Positions 10,390 through 20,479 are shown, counted from the first letter of the stretch. The stretch: DNA of 64,000 bases from Desulfobacterales bacterium (GCA_963674755.2 CAXXVS010000001.1:1088001-1152000); one strand, 5' to 3'. Notes: a model not told the origin generated them from the letters alone. Program-made: numbers and translations.

Positions 10390-11172
10390 CTAGGGGGCCG
10401 GCGCGTAGTGGACCTGCATCAGGAACAATCCCTGGGGAGGTGCCGCGGCCGGCGCCCGGCGGCGGTCGGCGGCCTGCAGCAGTTCCGGCAGAAAGGCGGC
10501 CGGCCGTTGACCCATGCCCACGGCCACCAGGGTCCCCACCATATTGCGCACCATGCCGCGCAGGAAGCCGTTGGCACGGATGTCGAATTCCAGGTGGTCG
10601 TCGGATTCCCGCCAGGCGGCTTCCATGACCTCGCGCACAGTGTGGGCGCGCGGGCTGCCGCTGCTTTCGAAGGATTTGAAGTCGTGCCGGCCCACCAGGT
10701 ATGTGGCTGCGATCTGCATGGCGGCCAGGTCGAGGGGGCGCTGGATGTGCCAGGCATAGCGGTGGCCCACGGCGCGGCGCACGGGTTGGTTTAAGATGCG
10801 ATAGCGGTAGCGTTTCCAGCGGCAGTCGAAGCGGGCGTGAAAGGTCAGGGGGACCCTCTGGCAGGTCCGCACGGCAATATCGGCCGGCAGCAGGCTGTTC
10901 AGTCCCTTGTGCAGTTCTTCAGGGGACAGCCGGGTGCGGCTCCGGAAATGGGCCGTCTGCCCCAGGGCGTGAACACCGGCATCGGTGCGGCCGGAGCCGT
11001 GCAGGGTGACGGGCGCCTGGGTCATACGCTGCAAAACGTCTTCCAGCAGGCCCTGGATGGTGGGCCGGTCGGGCTGGCGCTGCCAGCCGCAATAGGCCGT
11101 GCCGTCGTATTCCACGATCAGCTTGAAATTCTTTTCCGGCAGCGGTTTGGGGGGCGGCGGCATGGCAGACAT
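10390..11172 (-). CDS. truA: tRNA pseudouridine(38-40) synthase
   Basis: YDGTAYCGWQRQ, GRTDAGVHA, FHARF, GFLRGMVR motifs. Confidence 0.95.
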   Translation of the reverse strand: MSAMPPPPKPLPEKNFKLIVEYDGTAYCGWQRQPDRPTIQGLLEDVLQRMTQAPVTLHGSGRTDAGVHALGQTAHFRSRTRLSPEELHKGLNSLLPADIAVRTCQRVPLTFHARFDCRWKRYRYRILNQPVRRAVGHRYAWHIQRPLDLAAMQIAATYLVGRHDFKSFESSGSPRAHTVREVMEAAWRESDDHLEFDIRANGFLRGMVRNMVGTLVAVGMGQRPAAFLPELLQAADRRRAPAAAPPQGLFLMQVHYAPAP

Positions 11173-11176
11173 GGTC

Positions 11177-12091
11177 CTATCCAAAAACCGTCAGCACGAT
11201 CGTGAGCGAGATGAAGGACAGCATCGTGGACAGCACGATGGAGGCCGAGGCCAGGCGGGTGTCGCTTTTCAGCTGGGAGGAGAGCACGTAGATGGCCGGC
11301 GAAGTCGGCAGCGCAAAGAAGATCATGCCGATTTGCAGGTCCAGGCCTTGGACCCCGCTCCAGGTGAACAGCCACCAGCCGGTAAGGGGCAAAAGCACGA
11401 TCTTGAAGGCCGCGCCCGCCAGTGAGCGCGGCCAGTGTTCGCGCAGGCCGTTTAACGTCAGCGCGCCGCCGATGGACAACAGCGCCATGGGCAGGGTAAT
11501 CGCGGCCATCAACCCCAGGGCGTTGTTCACGAATGGCGGAAAATAGCCGACCCCCCGGGAATAGAGCAGCCCGACCAGGCAGGCGATGATCAGGGGGTTG
11601 GAGAGCATGGCGCGGACGGCCTGCCGGATGCGGGCCCGGCCGGCGGTGTGGCCTTCCGCAAACCAGGTCAGGGTCGAGACGGCCAGGACATTGATGATGG
11701 GGATGAGAATACTGATCAGAATCCCGAATTGCCGCACCCCCTCCTCGCCCAGGGCATTGATGATGATGGCCATGCCGATATAGGTGTTGAAGCGGTAGCA
11801 GCTTTGGGAAAAGGTGCCGGCCTGGAAGGCCGGCACCCGCCAGACGATATAGGCCAGGGAAACCAGGTAGACCAATACGACCGTCAGCACGGCCGCCAGG
11901 TAGAAATGGCCGTTGGCGTTAGGCGAGGGGGAGGATCCCCCGATTTTCCAAAACAGCAGGGCCGGAAAGAAGATGAAGTAGACCAGGCGGTCGGCCGTTC
12001 GCAGGAAATCGGTGGTGGTGAACTGCCAGTGCCTGAGCGCCATCCCCATGGCGATGAGGGTAAAAACCGGGAAAAGGCTGTTTAACACCAT
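11177..12091 (-). CDS. AEC (auxin efflux carrier) family transporter
   Basis: FFPALLF, RFNTYIG, NPLIIA, LLSIGG, ALPT motifs; about 10 TM. Confidence 0.88.
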   Translation of the reverse strand: MVLNSLFPVFTLIAMGMALRHWQFTTTDFLRTADRLVYFIFFPALLFWKIGGSSPSPNANGHFYLAAVLTVVLVYLVSLAYIVWRVPAFQAGTFSQSCYRFNTYIGMAIIINALGEEGVRQFGILISILIPIINVLAVSTLTWFAEGHTAGRARIRQAVRAMLSNPLIIACLVGLLYSRGVGYFPPFVNNALGLMAAITLPMALLSIGGALTLNGLREHWPRSLAGAAFKIVLLPLTGWWLFTWSGVQGLDLQIGMIFFALPTSPAIYVLSSQLKSDTRLASASIVLSTMLSFISLTIVLTVFG

Positions 12092-12097
12092 GGGATC

Positions 12098-12286
12098 TCA
12101 GATCCTGTCGCAGGGGATGTCGGCCAGGGCATCCTCAAGGGCGTCATCCATATCCTCGACCATCCCCTCGACGGGGTAATCCGCACCGCAGACCCGGCAG
12201 TGCAAGGTGACACGGCGTCAGGTGCGCTGGAGAACGAGGGGGTGTCCGCAACGGCGGCAAACCATCGGAGGCGGGTTCATATCCAT
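12098..12286 (-). CDS. dual CXXC motif small selenoprotein (62 aa; UGA=Sec at 12220-12218)
   Basis: Manual translation: MDMNPPPMVCRRCGHPLVLQRT-U-RRVTLHCRVCGADYPVEGMVEDMDDALEDALADIPCDRI*. SECIS-like hairpin just after the UGA; not in the ORF track. Confidence 0.8.
12181..12205 (-). promoter_or_regulatory. bacterial SECIS-like hairpin
   Basis: mRNA GCACUGC-CGGGUCU-GCGGUGC starting about 14 nt after the in-frame UGA, with GGUCU in the apical region as in E. coli fdhF SECIS. Confidence 0.7.
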
Positions 12287-12469
12287 TCCACCATTGATAC
12301 GCAGGGGTTTCGAGTTGACGGCAAGGTGTAAGCCGGACACCGGGTGTTGTCAAGAAAAGAGTCGCCGGGCGTTGACAAAGAAACGGGTTTCCTGCATGGA
12401 GCTTTTGACCGGGAGGCCTGCATGGCTTGTCCCGGAATCGACATCGACCTTCGCGAAAGGATAGCGTAT

Positions 12470-13654
12470 ATGACGGCATTTGCCTGCAACGGGTTGCAAG
12501 CGGCCGGAGTTGCTGCGGGTTTGAAAAAAAACGGCCGGCCCGATCTGGGGCTGCTCTATTCCACCACACCGGCCACGGCGGCCGCCGTGTTTACGCGCAA
12601 TGTGGTCCAGGCGGCGCCGGTGCTGCTCGACCGGCAGCGCATCCGTTCCGGCCGCTGTCGGGCCATCGTGGCCAACAGCGGCAATGCCAATTGCTGCACC
12701 GGCGAGGAGGGCCTGCGCCATGCCGCGGCTGTCTGTGCCGCCGTGGCCCGGGCCCTGGATATCCCGGAAGAAGAAGTGCTGGCGGCGTCCACCGGGGTGA
12801 TCGGCAATCCCCTGCCCGTCGACCGCGTGATCGGGGCGGTGCCGGGCTTGGTGGCCGAGCTCCATGAAGACGGCATCCCAAAACTGGCCTCCGCCATCAT
12901 GACCACCGACACGGAACCCAAATACCTTCACCGCCAGGGGCGCATCGGCGAGCGGACCTATAACATCGTGGCCGTGGCCAAGGGGGCCGGCATGATCCGT
13001 CCGGACATGGCCACCATGCTCTGTTTTGCCGGCACCGATGCGGCCGTGGATGCCCCGCGTCTGGATGCCATGCTGCGCCGGGCCGTGGAGCAGTCTTTCA
13101 ACCGCATCACCATCGACGGGGATACCAGCACCAACGACACGGTGATTCTCCTGGCCAACGGGGCCAGCGCTGCCGTGGTGGAGGACGAAGCCGACCAGGC
13201 CCGGTTTCAGGCCCTGCTGGACGAGATCTTTCTGGAGCTGGCCAAATGGCTGGTGCGCGACGGCGAAGGCGTCAACAAACTGGTGGAGGTGCGGGTACAG
13301 GGGGCGCCCTCCGATGCCGCCGCCCGGCGCGTGGCGGATACCATTGCCCACTCCCCTTTGGTCAAGACCGCCCTTTTCGGCGAAGATGCCAACTGGGGAC
13401 GGATTCTGGGGGCGGCCGGCCGGGCCGGCGTGACCTTCGACCCGGGACAGGTAGCCCTCTATTTCGACCAGGTCCGGATGGTGGCGAACGGGGTCGGCTG
13501 TGGGGCCGAGGCCGAAGCGGCCGCCACGGCGGTGCTGAAGCAGCCCGAACTGCAGATCACCTTGGATCTCAACTGCGGGGAGGGAAAGGCCAGTGTGTTG
13601 ACGTGCGATTTTTCGATCGAGTACGTAAAGATCAACGCCGACTACCGCAGCTGA
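12470..13654 (+). CDS. argJ: bifunctional ornithine acetyltransferase/N-acetylglutamate synthase
   Basis: NSGNANC, STGVIG, IMTTDT, KGAGMIRPDMATML (autocleavage Thr), DGDTSTND, DANWGR, INADYRS. Confidence 0.95.
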   Translation: MTAFACNGLQAAGVAAGLKKNGRPDLGLLYSTTPATAAAVFTRNVVQAAPVLLDRQRIRSGRCRAIVANSGNANCCTGEEGLRHAAAVCAAVARALDIPEEEVLAASTGVIGNPLPVDRVIGAVPGLVAELHEDGIPKLASAIMTTDTEPKYLHRQGRIGERTYNIVAVAKGAGMIRPDMATMLCFAGTDAAVDAPRLDAMLRRAVEQSFNRITIDGDTSTNDTVILLANGASAAVVEDEADQARFQALLDEIFLELAKWLVRDGEGVNKLVEVRVQGAPSDAAARRVADTIAHSPLVKTALFGEDANWGRILGAAGRAGVTFDPGQVALYFDQVRMVANGVGCGAEAEAAATAVLKQPELQITLDLNCGEGKASVLTCDFSIEYVKINADYRS

Positions 13655-13796
13655 TCGCCTGCCATAAGGGGCATCTTTTGCCCCCGGCCGGCGTTCTCGG
13701 GATTTTGCAATCCTCGACGTAGCGCTGCTACGTCTGCGGTTTCAAAATCCCTGCGGCCTTGGCCAGAGGCAAAATCTACCCCTTATGGCAGGCGAT
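13654..13796. repeat. palindromic repeat family A, copy 2
   Basis: ATCGCCTGCCATAAGGGGCATCTTTTGCC ... GGCAAAATCTACCCCTTATGGCAGGCGAT; core GGCGTTCTC...CGTAGC.GCTACG. Confidence 0.85.
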
Positions 13797-13831
13797 TGAA
13801 GTAAACATCATGCCCTATCATAGTATATAAA

Positions 13832-14563
13832 ATGACAGACGTAAGACTGCAGAAATGGCTGGCGTCGGTGGGGGTTTGCTCCCGGCGGCGGGGGGAGGCG
13901 CTGATCCTGGAAGGCCGGGTGGCGGTCAACGGGACGGTGGTCACCCAACTGGGGGTCAAGATCGATCCGGATGTGGACCGGGTGGCGGTGGACGGCGTAG
14001 CCGTGGCGGCCGCCGAGGACCCTCTGGTCTATATCATCCTTAACAAGCCCCGGGGTGTGGTGACCTCCTGCGAACAGGAGGGGGTGCCGGTGGTGGTGGA
14101 CCTGGTGGACTGCGCGACCCGGATCTATCCGGTGGGCCGCCTGGACAAGGATTCCACCGGACTGGTACTGCTCACCAACGACGGGCGTCTGCACCACGGC
14201 CTGCTGCACCCCTCTTTCGATCATGAAAAGGAATACGAGGTGACGGTGGCCCGGCCGATTCCCGACGGCGCCCTGCAGCACATGGCCGAGGGGATGCCCC
14301 TGATGGGCACCCGCACCCGCCCGGCCCGGGTGCGCCGGACCTCGGGCCGGCATTTCCGGATCACCCTCCAGGAGGGTAAGAATCGCCAGATCCGCCGGAT
14401 GGTGCGCAAGGTGGGCAACCATGTGGTAAGGCTCAAGCGTATCCGCATGGCCTCCCTTCGCCTAGGCAACCTCAAGGAGGGCCAATGGCGTCACCTCACC
14501 GCCAAAGAAGTCACAGCGCTTCTCGACACCCTGCCCAGTGACGTTTTATCCAAGGGGATCTAA
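13832..14563 (+). CDS. rRNA pseudouridine synthase, RsuA/RluB/RluF family
   Basis: S4 domain RLQKWLA..G.CSRR; GRLDKDSTGL; EGKNRQIRRM. Confidence 0.92.
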   Translation: MTDVRLQKWLASVGVCSRRRGEALILEGRVAVNGTVVTQLGVKIDPDVDRVAVDGVAVAAAEDPLVYIILNKPRGVVTSCEQEGVPVVVDLVDCATRIYPVGRLDKDSTGLVLLTNDGRLHHGLLHPSFDHEKEYEVTVARPIPDGALQHMAEGMPLMGTRTRPARVRRTSGRHFRITLQEGKNRQIRRMVRKVGNHVVRLKRIRMASLRLGNLKEGQWRHLTAKEVTALLDTLPSDVLSKGI

Positions 14564-14638
14564 CGGGCGAATCCCCCCCTGCCCGGCGGCATTTCCTCCA
14601 AAAATACCTGTGCGATGCATTTTCCGAAAACATGCCTG

Positions 14639-14763
14639 GGAAGGCTGCGGGAAACGGTCAAGATCAAGGCGTGCGAATACCGGGGAACGCGGCGTACATT
14701 TGTACGCCGCAGTGACCTGGTATGAAGCACAACGCCGATATTGGGCGTTTCACGAAGCCGTCA
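14639..14763. repeat. MITE-like palindromic element (family C, single copy here)
   Basis: Imperfect terminal IR (GGAAGGCTGCGGGAAACG.. / ..CGTTTCACGAAGCCGTCA), central perfect IR GCGGCGTACA-TT-TGTACGCCGC; end overlaps dctM stop. Confidence 0.6.
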
Positions 14764-16062
14764 GTGCATCATGTTGGGTAGCCAAAGCGCAATTTCGGGG
14801 AACGGCAGCATGAGCAGGGTGGCCACGATCAAGGCGATCAAAAGCGGCACGACCCCCTTGAAGATGACGTGCAGGGGGATGTCCCGGGCCACCCCGCTGA
14901 CCACATAGACATTGACCCCCACCGGCGGGGTGATCACCCCGATCTGGGTCACCAGGACAATGACGACCCCGAACCAGATGGGGTTGTAACCCAGGGAAAT
15001 GACAACCGGATAGAAGATCGGCACGGTCAGCATGATCAGCGCCAGGGAATCGATGACGCAGCCCCCCACCAGGTAGACCAGGATAATCAGGGCCATGATG
15101 GCGTACGCCGGCAGGTTGAAACCGGCCACCCATTCGGCGATGTCGAAAGGGATGCGGGTGATGGCCAGGAAATGGCCGAAAATCGTGGCCCCGGCCACGA
15201 TGACCAGGATCATGCAGGAAATGCGGGTGGTTTCGAAGAGGGACTGGATAAAGCCTTTCCAGCTGATGTTGCGGCGGAAGACGGCGATCAGGAGCGATCC
15301 CATGGCCCCCACGGCCCCGGCCTCGGTGGGGGTGAAAAATCCCAGGAAAAGGCCTCCCATGACCAGCAGGAACAGCAGCAGGGTTTCGATCAGACCCGAA
15401 AGGGAGGCCAGGCGGGCCCGGAAATCCGCCCGCGGGCCGCGCGGCGCCACCTCGGGGGACAGGTACGCCCAGAGGACCACGGTCAGCATGAACAGGCCGG
15501 CCAGCAGGATGCCGGGCAGGATGCCGGCCATGAAGAGTTTGCCGATGGACTGCTCGGTCATGATGCCGTAGATGATGAAGACCACGCTGGGGGGCACCAA
15601 AATCCCCAGGCTGCCCCCGGCCGCCACCACGCCGGCCGCCAGGGTGTCTTTATAGTGGTATTTGCGCATTTCGGGCAGGGTCACGGCGGCCATGGTGGCG
15701 GCCGTGGCGTTGGTGGAGCCGCAAATGGCCGAGAAGCCGGCGCAGGCGCCGATGGTGGCGATGGCCATGCCCCCCGGCCAGTGGCCGATGAATTTGTAGG
15801 CCACCTCGAACAGACGGCTGCTGATCCCGGCATGGAAGGAGATCTGCCCCATCAGGATGAAAAGGGGAATCACCGTGAGATTGTAGGAGCCGAAGACATC
15901 GAAGATATCCTTGGCGATCAGGCTCAGGGCAGCATCGGTGTTGACGATGGTGCCGAAGCCGACGAAGCCGATCAGGGCCATGACAAAGCCTACCGGCATG
16001 CGGGAGAAGATCAGGGTGAAGAGCGCGAACAGACCGATAATGCCGATAACCGTCGGGGTCAT
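14761..16062 (-). CDS. dctM: TRAP transporter large permease
   Basis: IPLFILMG, GSLGILVPPS, FTPTEAG, ITPPVG motifs. Confidence 0.92.
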   Translation of the reverse strand: MTPTVIGIIGLFALFTLIFSRMPVGFVMALIGFVGFGTIVNTDAALSLIAKDIFDVFGSYNLTVIPLFILMGQISFHAGISSRLFEVAYKFIGHWPGGMAIATIGACAGFSAICGSTNATAATMAAVTLPEMRKYHYKDTLAAGVVAAGGSLGILVPPSVVFIIYGIMTEQSIGKLFMAGILPGILLAGLFMLTVVLWAYLSPEVAPRGPRADFRARLASLSGLIETLLLFLLVMGGLFLGFFTPTEAGAVGAMGSLLIAVFRRNISWKGFIQSLFETTRISCMILVIVAGATIFGHFLAITRIPFDIAEWVAGFNLPAYAIMALIILVYLVGGCVIDSLALIMLTVPIFYPVVISLGYNPIWFGVVIVLVTQIGVITPPVGVNVYVVSGVARDIPLHVIFKGVVPLLIALIVATLLMLPFPEIALWLPNMMH

Positions 16063-16074
16063 GCTACCATCCTT

Positions 16075-16563
16075 TCATTGCCCCAGGGCGACGGCCAGGT
16101 CCTTGAGAAACCGGACCGCCAGCACCAGGGTCAGCAGGCCGCAGCCGGCTGCAAGGCCATAGACAAAAGGATAGATCGGCATTTGCAGGGTCATGGAAAC
16201 TTCCCCGAAGGTTTTCAGGTCGCCGGCGTAGATCACGCACTGGCGCGCCACCAATCCAAAAAAGACCGCGCATATCAAGGCGTTGACCCCGTCCACGAGG
16301 GACTGCACCCGGCCGGGGAACTTCTGCACCAGAAAATCCACGGCGATATGGCCCCGGTTGATAGAGGTGTAGCCCAGGGAGAAGGCCGCGAACACGGCGC
16401 CCAGAAATCCCACCATTTCATAAGTGCCGGGGATCGGATGCCGGAATAGCCGCAAGATGACGTCCATGCAGGTCAGCACCATCATGCCCGCCACAGCGGC
16501 CGCCGATACCCAGTTGAAGGCTTCGGCGGCTTTGGCTGTCCATTGTTCGATGCGTAAAATCAA
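16075..16563 (-). CDS. dctQ: TRAP transporter small permease
   Basis: DVILR..F..PIPG.YE, GHIAVD; 4 TM; TTG start after AAGGAG. Confidence 0.9.
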   Translation of the reverse strand: MILRIEQWTAKAAEAFNWVSAAAVAGMMVLTCMDVILRLFRHPIPGTYEMVGFLGAVFAAFSLGYTSINRGHIAVDFLVQKFPGRVQSLVDGVNALICAVFFGLVARQCVIYAGDLKTFGEVSMTLQMPIYPFVYGLAAGCGLLTLVLAVRFLKDLAVALGQ

Positions 16564-16575
16564 GCGATCTCCTTA

Positions 16576-16701
16576 TGTTTCCGTTCAGGGGTGGTATCTT
16601 TTGGCTTCGGCTCCGCCGTCGGTGGGGAAACCCCTGGCGGACAAGGCAGCGTTCTCGGTCATTGGCCGGAACCAAAATCGGCCACCTCTGAACGGACACT
16701 A
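16576..16701. repeat. palindromic repeat family A, copy 3 (internally deleted, with nested hairpin)
   Basis: GTTTCCGTTCAGGGGTGGTATCTTTTGG ... CCAAAATCGGCCACCTCTGAACGGACAC. Confidence 0.8.
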
Positions 16702-16778
16702 AATATGGTCAGGCCGTCGCCGGTGGTCGTCAGCCCTGGTTGCTGCGGGGCACCGGTTTTCACGCGGCCTGACATGCC

Positions 16779-16815
16779 GAACCGGGTGATGCCGTGCCGC
16801 GGCATCACCCGGTTC
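16779..16815. other. perfect 16-bp hairpin 3' of dctP (mRNA stabiliser/partial terminator)
   Basis: GAACCGGGTGATGCCG-TGCCG-CGGCATCACCCGGTTC. Confidence 0.6.
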
Positions 16816-16830
16816 CGTGAAGCTTTGGTT

Positions 16831-17841
16831 CTAATTACCCGACGTGATCAGTTCCTTCAACGTACTGATATAGGCCTTCCCGTCCAGCCCCTTGGCGCTG
16901 ACCGTGGCGGCATAGTCGTCCATGATGGGTTGCACGGCCTGCTCCCAGCGGGCTGTTTCGGCAGCCGAGAGCTCCAGGATCTGGTTGCCCAGGCTTAAGG
17001 TGTATTCGCGGCCGGCGGCATCGTCCTTGTCCCATTGTTCGCCGTGTACGTCAATCCATTCCCGGCTCACCTCTTCGAATATCTTTTGGACATCCGCCGG
17101 CAGCTTGGCCCATTTGCCGCGGTTCATTACCACATACATGGCCGTGGTGTAGCCGATGGCGCGGCAATCGGTGGTATCTTTGATGACTTCGGCCTGTTTC
17201 CAGCCCTTGAGGGTTTCCATGGGCGCGAAGGTGCCCTCCACGACGCCCTTCTGCAGGGCTTCGTAGGCGGCATTCTGGGGCATGGCCACCGGCACGCCGC
17301 CCAGGGCTTCCACGATGCGGGCGCTCAGTCCGGTGGAGCGGATCTTGAGGCCTTTCATATCTTCCATGGAGCGGACGGGCTTTTGGGTGTGCAGCAGGCC
17401 GGGCCCATGGCCGTGCAGGTAGAGCACTTTGACATCGTTCAACTCGGCGGGCCTGAATTTCTGATAATAGGCGTTGGCGGCGCGGGTGGCCACTTTGCCG
17501 CTGGGGTAGCCCAGGGGCAGGTCGAGGGCTTCCATGACCGGGAAACGTCCCCGGGTGTAGGCAAACACCGACATGCCGATGTCGGAGATGCCGTTGACCA
17601 CGCCGTCATAGCACTGCTGGGGTTTGGTCAGGGTGCCGGTGGGAAAGATTTGAATGGCGACCTGGCCGTTGGTGCGTTTCTCGATTTCCTTGGCCCAGCT
17701 CATGGCGGCCTTGCACTGGCCGTGGGAGGGGGGGAAGAAGATGCTGTAGGTCAGATTGGTGGTCTGGGCGGCGGCCGGCCCGGTCAGGACCATACCGACG
17801 ACGATGGCCAGAATCGTGAGAGATGCGAATTGTTTTTTCAT
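16831..17841 (-). CDS. dctP: TRAP transporter substrate-binding protein
   Basis: Signal peptide; MKGLKIRST (carboxylate-binding Arg); [20 protein letters not shown]. Confidence 0.92.
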   Translation of the reverse strand: MKKQFASLTILAIVVGMVLTGPAAAQTTNLTYSIFFPPSHGQCKAAMSWAKEIEKRTNGQVAIQIFPTGTLTKPQQCYDGVVNGISDIGMSVFAYTRGRFPVMEALDLPLGYPSGKVATRAANAYYQKFRPAELNDVKVLYLHGHGPGLLHTQKPVRSMEDMKGLKIRSTGLSARIVEALGGVPVAMPQNAAYEALQKGVVEGTFAPMETLKGWKQAEVIKDTTDCRAIGYTTAMYVVMNRGKWAKLPADVQKIFEEVSREWIDVHGEQWDKDDAAGREYTLSLGNQILELSAAETARWEQAVQPIMDDYAATVSAKGLDGKAYISTLKELITSGN

Positions 17842-18052
17842 GACGTCTCCTTGCTGTCATCCTGCGGGGTGAATCAGATGCCGGGCAGCCATGCGCGCCG
17901 CAGGCGAAGCGTTGCGGCGCTGACGCGGCAACCTGAATGAACGCGTTAAATGCAAGTTTTAATGAATGACGGTAACGGTGTTCGGCCGGCAGGGCCGTAC
18001 TTCGGGGTCGGTGTCGGGCCTGCCTGCCCGTCGCGGGACGAGCAGCAGGCCT

Positions 18053-18109
18053 TCAATAGGTATAATCGTAGGTGTGGTGGCGGATATGTTGTAAAATTCG
18101 CGGCAGCAT
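18053..18109 (-). CDS. putative Tyr/His-rich leader peptide MLPRILQHIRHHTYDYTY
   Basis: AAGGA RBS 8 nt upstream; TTGACA-17-CAGAAT promoter at 18163-18135; GC hairpin at 18017-18051 directly after stop; lies in the 5' leader of dctP. Confidence 0.55.
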   Translation of the reverse strand: MLPRILQHIRHHTYDYTY

Positions 18110-18338
18110 TGAACCCATCCTTGCGTGATGGGCGATTCTGATCAATGGGGGCGTTCTTGTCAAGCCTTTTCTACGCGCCCAGGGAGAGGGCCGGGGCTGG
18201 TGGACGTGAGGCCAAGTCTTCCTTGACTTAGCGGCCGGTTGCGATAGAAATGGGATGCTGTCAGGCCGATGGCCGGCCCTGACCGCTGCCGTTGTTCCAG
18301 TTTATCATCTGTGTACACATACGGATTGGGGAACGATC

Positions 18339-19649
18339 ATGGTGACATTTGAATCACTGGAAGACCGCCGCGACCGGATTGCCGTGGTGGGGCTGGGCTA
18401 TGTCGGCCTGCCCCTGGCCATTCACCTGGCGCGGCATTTCGATGTGGTGGGCTTCGATCTCAAGCAGACGCGCATCGCCGAACTCCAGGCGGGACACGAC
18501 CGCACCCTGGAGGTGGACGATGCCGCTTTGCGCGCCTCGGCGTTGCAGTACTCTGCCGATCCCGAAGAACTGGTCCGCTGCCGCCTGATCATCGTGGCGG
18601 TGCCGACCCCCATCGACGATCATCGCATCCCCGACCTGGCCCCGCTGCGGGGCGCGGCCCAGACCGTCGGTGCCCGGCTGTCCGCCGGCGCCTGCGTGGT
18701 CTTCGAATCGACCGTCTTCCCGGGAGCCACCGAAGATATCTGTGTGCCCATCATGGAGGCCCAGTCCGGCCTGGTCTGCGGAAAAGATTTTACGGTGGGG
18801 TATTCCCCCGAACGGATCAATCCGGGAGACAAGGTCCATACGGTGGACAAGATCACCAAGATCGTGGCCGGCTCCGATGCGGCAACCACCCGGCTGCTGG
18901 CAGCGGTCTACGGCCGGGTGGTGTCGGCCGGCATCCACCAGGCGCCCTCCATCAAGGTCGCCGAGGCCGCCAAGGTGATCGAGAATACCCAGCGGGACAT
19001 CAATATCGCCCTGATGAACGAACTGGCCATGATTTTCGACCACATGGACATCGATACCCTCGATGTGCTCTCGGCGGCCGGCACCAAATGGAATTTTCTC
19101 AATTTCCGTCCCGGGCTGGTGGGCGGTCATTGCATCGGCGTCGATCCTTACTACCTGACCTTCAAGGCCGAGGCCATCGGCTATCACCCCAACATGATCC
19201 TGGCGGGCCGCCGCATCAACGACAACGTGGGCAAATTCGTGGCGGAGAAGACCGTCAAAATGCTCATCAAAGGCAAACGCCAGGTGCGCGGCGCCATCGT
19301 GGCCGTTTTGGGGCTGACCTTCAAGGAGAATGTGCCCGACCTGCGCAACACCAAGGTGGTGGACATCATCCGTGAACTGGAGGATTACGGCGTGAACGTG
19401 CGGATCCACGATCCCCTGGCGGATCCGGAGGAGGCCCGGCACTACTATGGCCTCGAACTGACCGCCTGGGACCAGCTGGGCACCGTGGATGCCGTGATCC
19501 TGACGGTGCTGCACGACGACTACCGCGAGCGGGGGCTGAAGGCCATCAGCGCCCTTCTGCACCCGGAGTATCCCCTGCTCCTGGATGTGAAGGGGGCCTT
19601 TCATGCGGAGGATGCCCAGCCCCTGGGACTGCATTACTGGCGGCTGTAG
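18339..19649 (+). CDS. nucleotide-sugar dehydrogenase (UDP-GlcNAc/GalNAc 6-dehydrogenase, WbpO/TviB-like)
   Basis: GLGYVGLP, ESTVFPG, YSPERINPG, KVIENTQRD, GGHCIGVDP, FKENVPDLRN. Confidence 0.92.
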   Translation: MVTFESLEDRRDRIAVVGLGYVGLPLAIHLARHFDVVGFDLKQTRIAELQAGHDRTLEVDDAALRASALQYSADPEELVRCRLIIVAVPTPIDDHRIPDLAPLRGAAQTVGARLSAGACVVFESTVFPGATEDICVPIMEAQSGLVCGKDFTVGYSPERINPGDKVHTVDKITKIVAGSDAATTRLLAAVYGRVVSAGIHQAPSIKVAEAAKVIENTQRDINIALMNELAMIFDHMDIDTLDVLSAAGTKWNFLNFRPGLVGGHCIGVDPYYLTFKAEAIGYHPNMILAGRRINDNVGKFVAEKTVKMLIKGKRQVRGAIVAVLGLTFKENVPDLRNTKVVDIIRELEDYGVNVRIHDPLADPEEARHYYGLELTAWDQLGTVDAVILTVLHDDYRERGLKAISALLHPEYPLLLDVKGAFHAEDAQPLGLHYWRL

Positions 19650-19666
19650 CCGGGCAGGAACGATCC

Positions 19667-19723
19667 GTGTCCGTCCGTAAATGGCATCTTCTGGCCCCTG
19701 CCGGCCTGACAGGAACCGAATCT
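19667..19723. repeat. palindromic repeat family A, copy 4 (truncated)
   Basis: GTGTCCGTCCGTAAATGGCATCTTCTGGCCCC left arm plus partial GGAACCGAATCT right arm. Confidence 0.6.
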
Positions 19724-19731
19724 TGAACGCC

Positions 19732-20454
19732 ATGCTGCGCAAGCTCTACAAAATTTACACCTGGCTGGTATTTGCCCCGATTCTGGGTTTGTCCACCGTG
19801 TTTTTCGGAACGGCCACCGTCCTTCTGCTCTTCTTCCTCAAACCGCGGCAGGTCAGTACTCTGTGCGGCAAAAGCTGGGCGCGGGTCAACAGCTTCTTCA
19901 CCCCCATGCGCGTGACCGTGATCGGTCGGGAAAACGTGGACCCCCGCCAGTCTTACGTGATCGTCAGCAATCACCAGAGCCAGTTCGATATCTTCATGCT
20001 TTACGGGTGGCTGGATATCGACTTCAAATGGGTCATGAAGAAGGAGTTGCGCAAGGTGCCCGCGATCGGGATCGCCTGTGAACGACTGGGGCATATCTAC
20101 GTGGACCGCTCCAATCGGGAAGCGGCCCTGGCCTCGATCAACGCGGCCAAGCAGCGTATCGTGGACGGCACTTCGGTGCTGTTCTTCCCGGAAGGCACCC
20201 GCAGCCGTGACAGCCACATGCGGCCTTTTAAAAAAGGCGCTTTCCGCATGGCGCTCGATCTGCAGCTGCCGATCCTGCCGGTCACCATTTTGGGAACCCG
20301 GGATATTTTGCCTTCCGATACGCTGGACCTTTATCCGGGGCGGGCCACCATGATCATTCACCCCCCCATTGCCGTCGATCCATACGACAACACCCGCCTG
20401 ACAGAACTCATCGAGCGGACCCGCGAGGTGATCGCGGCTCCCGGAATCGAGTAA
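19732..20454 (+). CDS. plsC: 1-acyl-sn-glycerol-3-phosphate acyltransferase
   Basis: NHQSQFD (HX4D), FPEGTRS, PFKKGAF. Confidence 0.9.
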   Translation: MLRKLYKIYTWLVFAPILGLSTVFFGTATVLLLFFLKPRQVSTLCGKSWARVNSFFTPMRVTVIGRENVDPRQSYVIVSNHQSQFDIFMLYGWLDIDFKWVMKKELRKVPAIGIACERLGHIYVDRSNREAALASINAAKQRIVDGTSVLFFPEGTRSRDSHMRPFKKGAFRMALDLQLPILPVTILGTRDILPSDTLDLYPGRATMIIHPPIAVDPYDNTRLTELIERTREVIAAPGIE

Positions 20455-20479
20455 TCCTGGCAGGCCCTGGAGACCGCGC

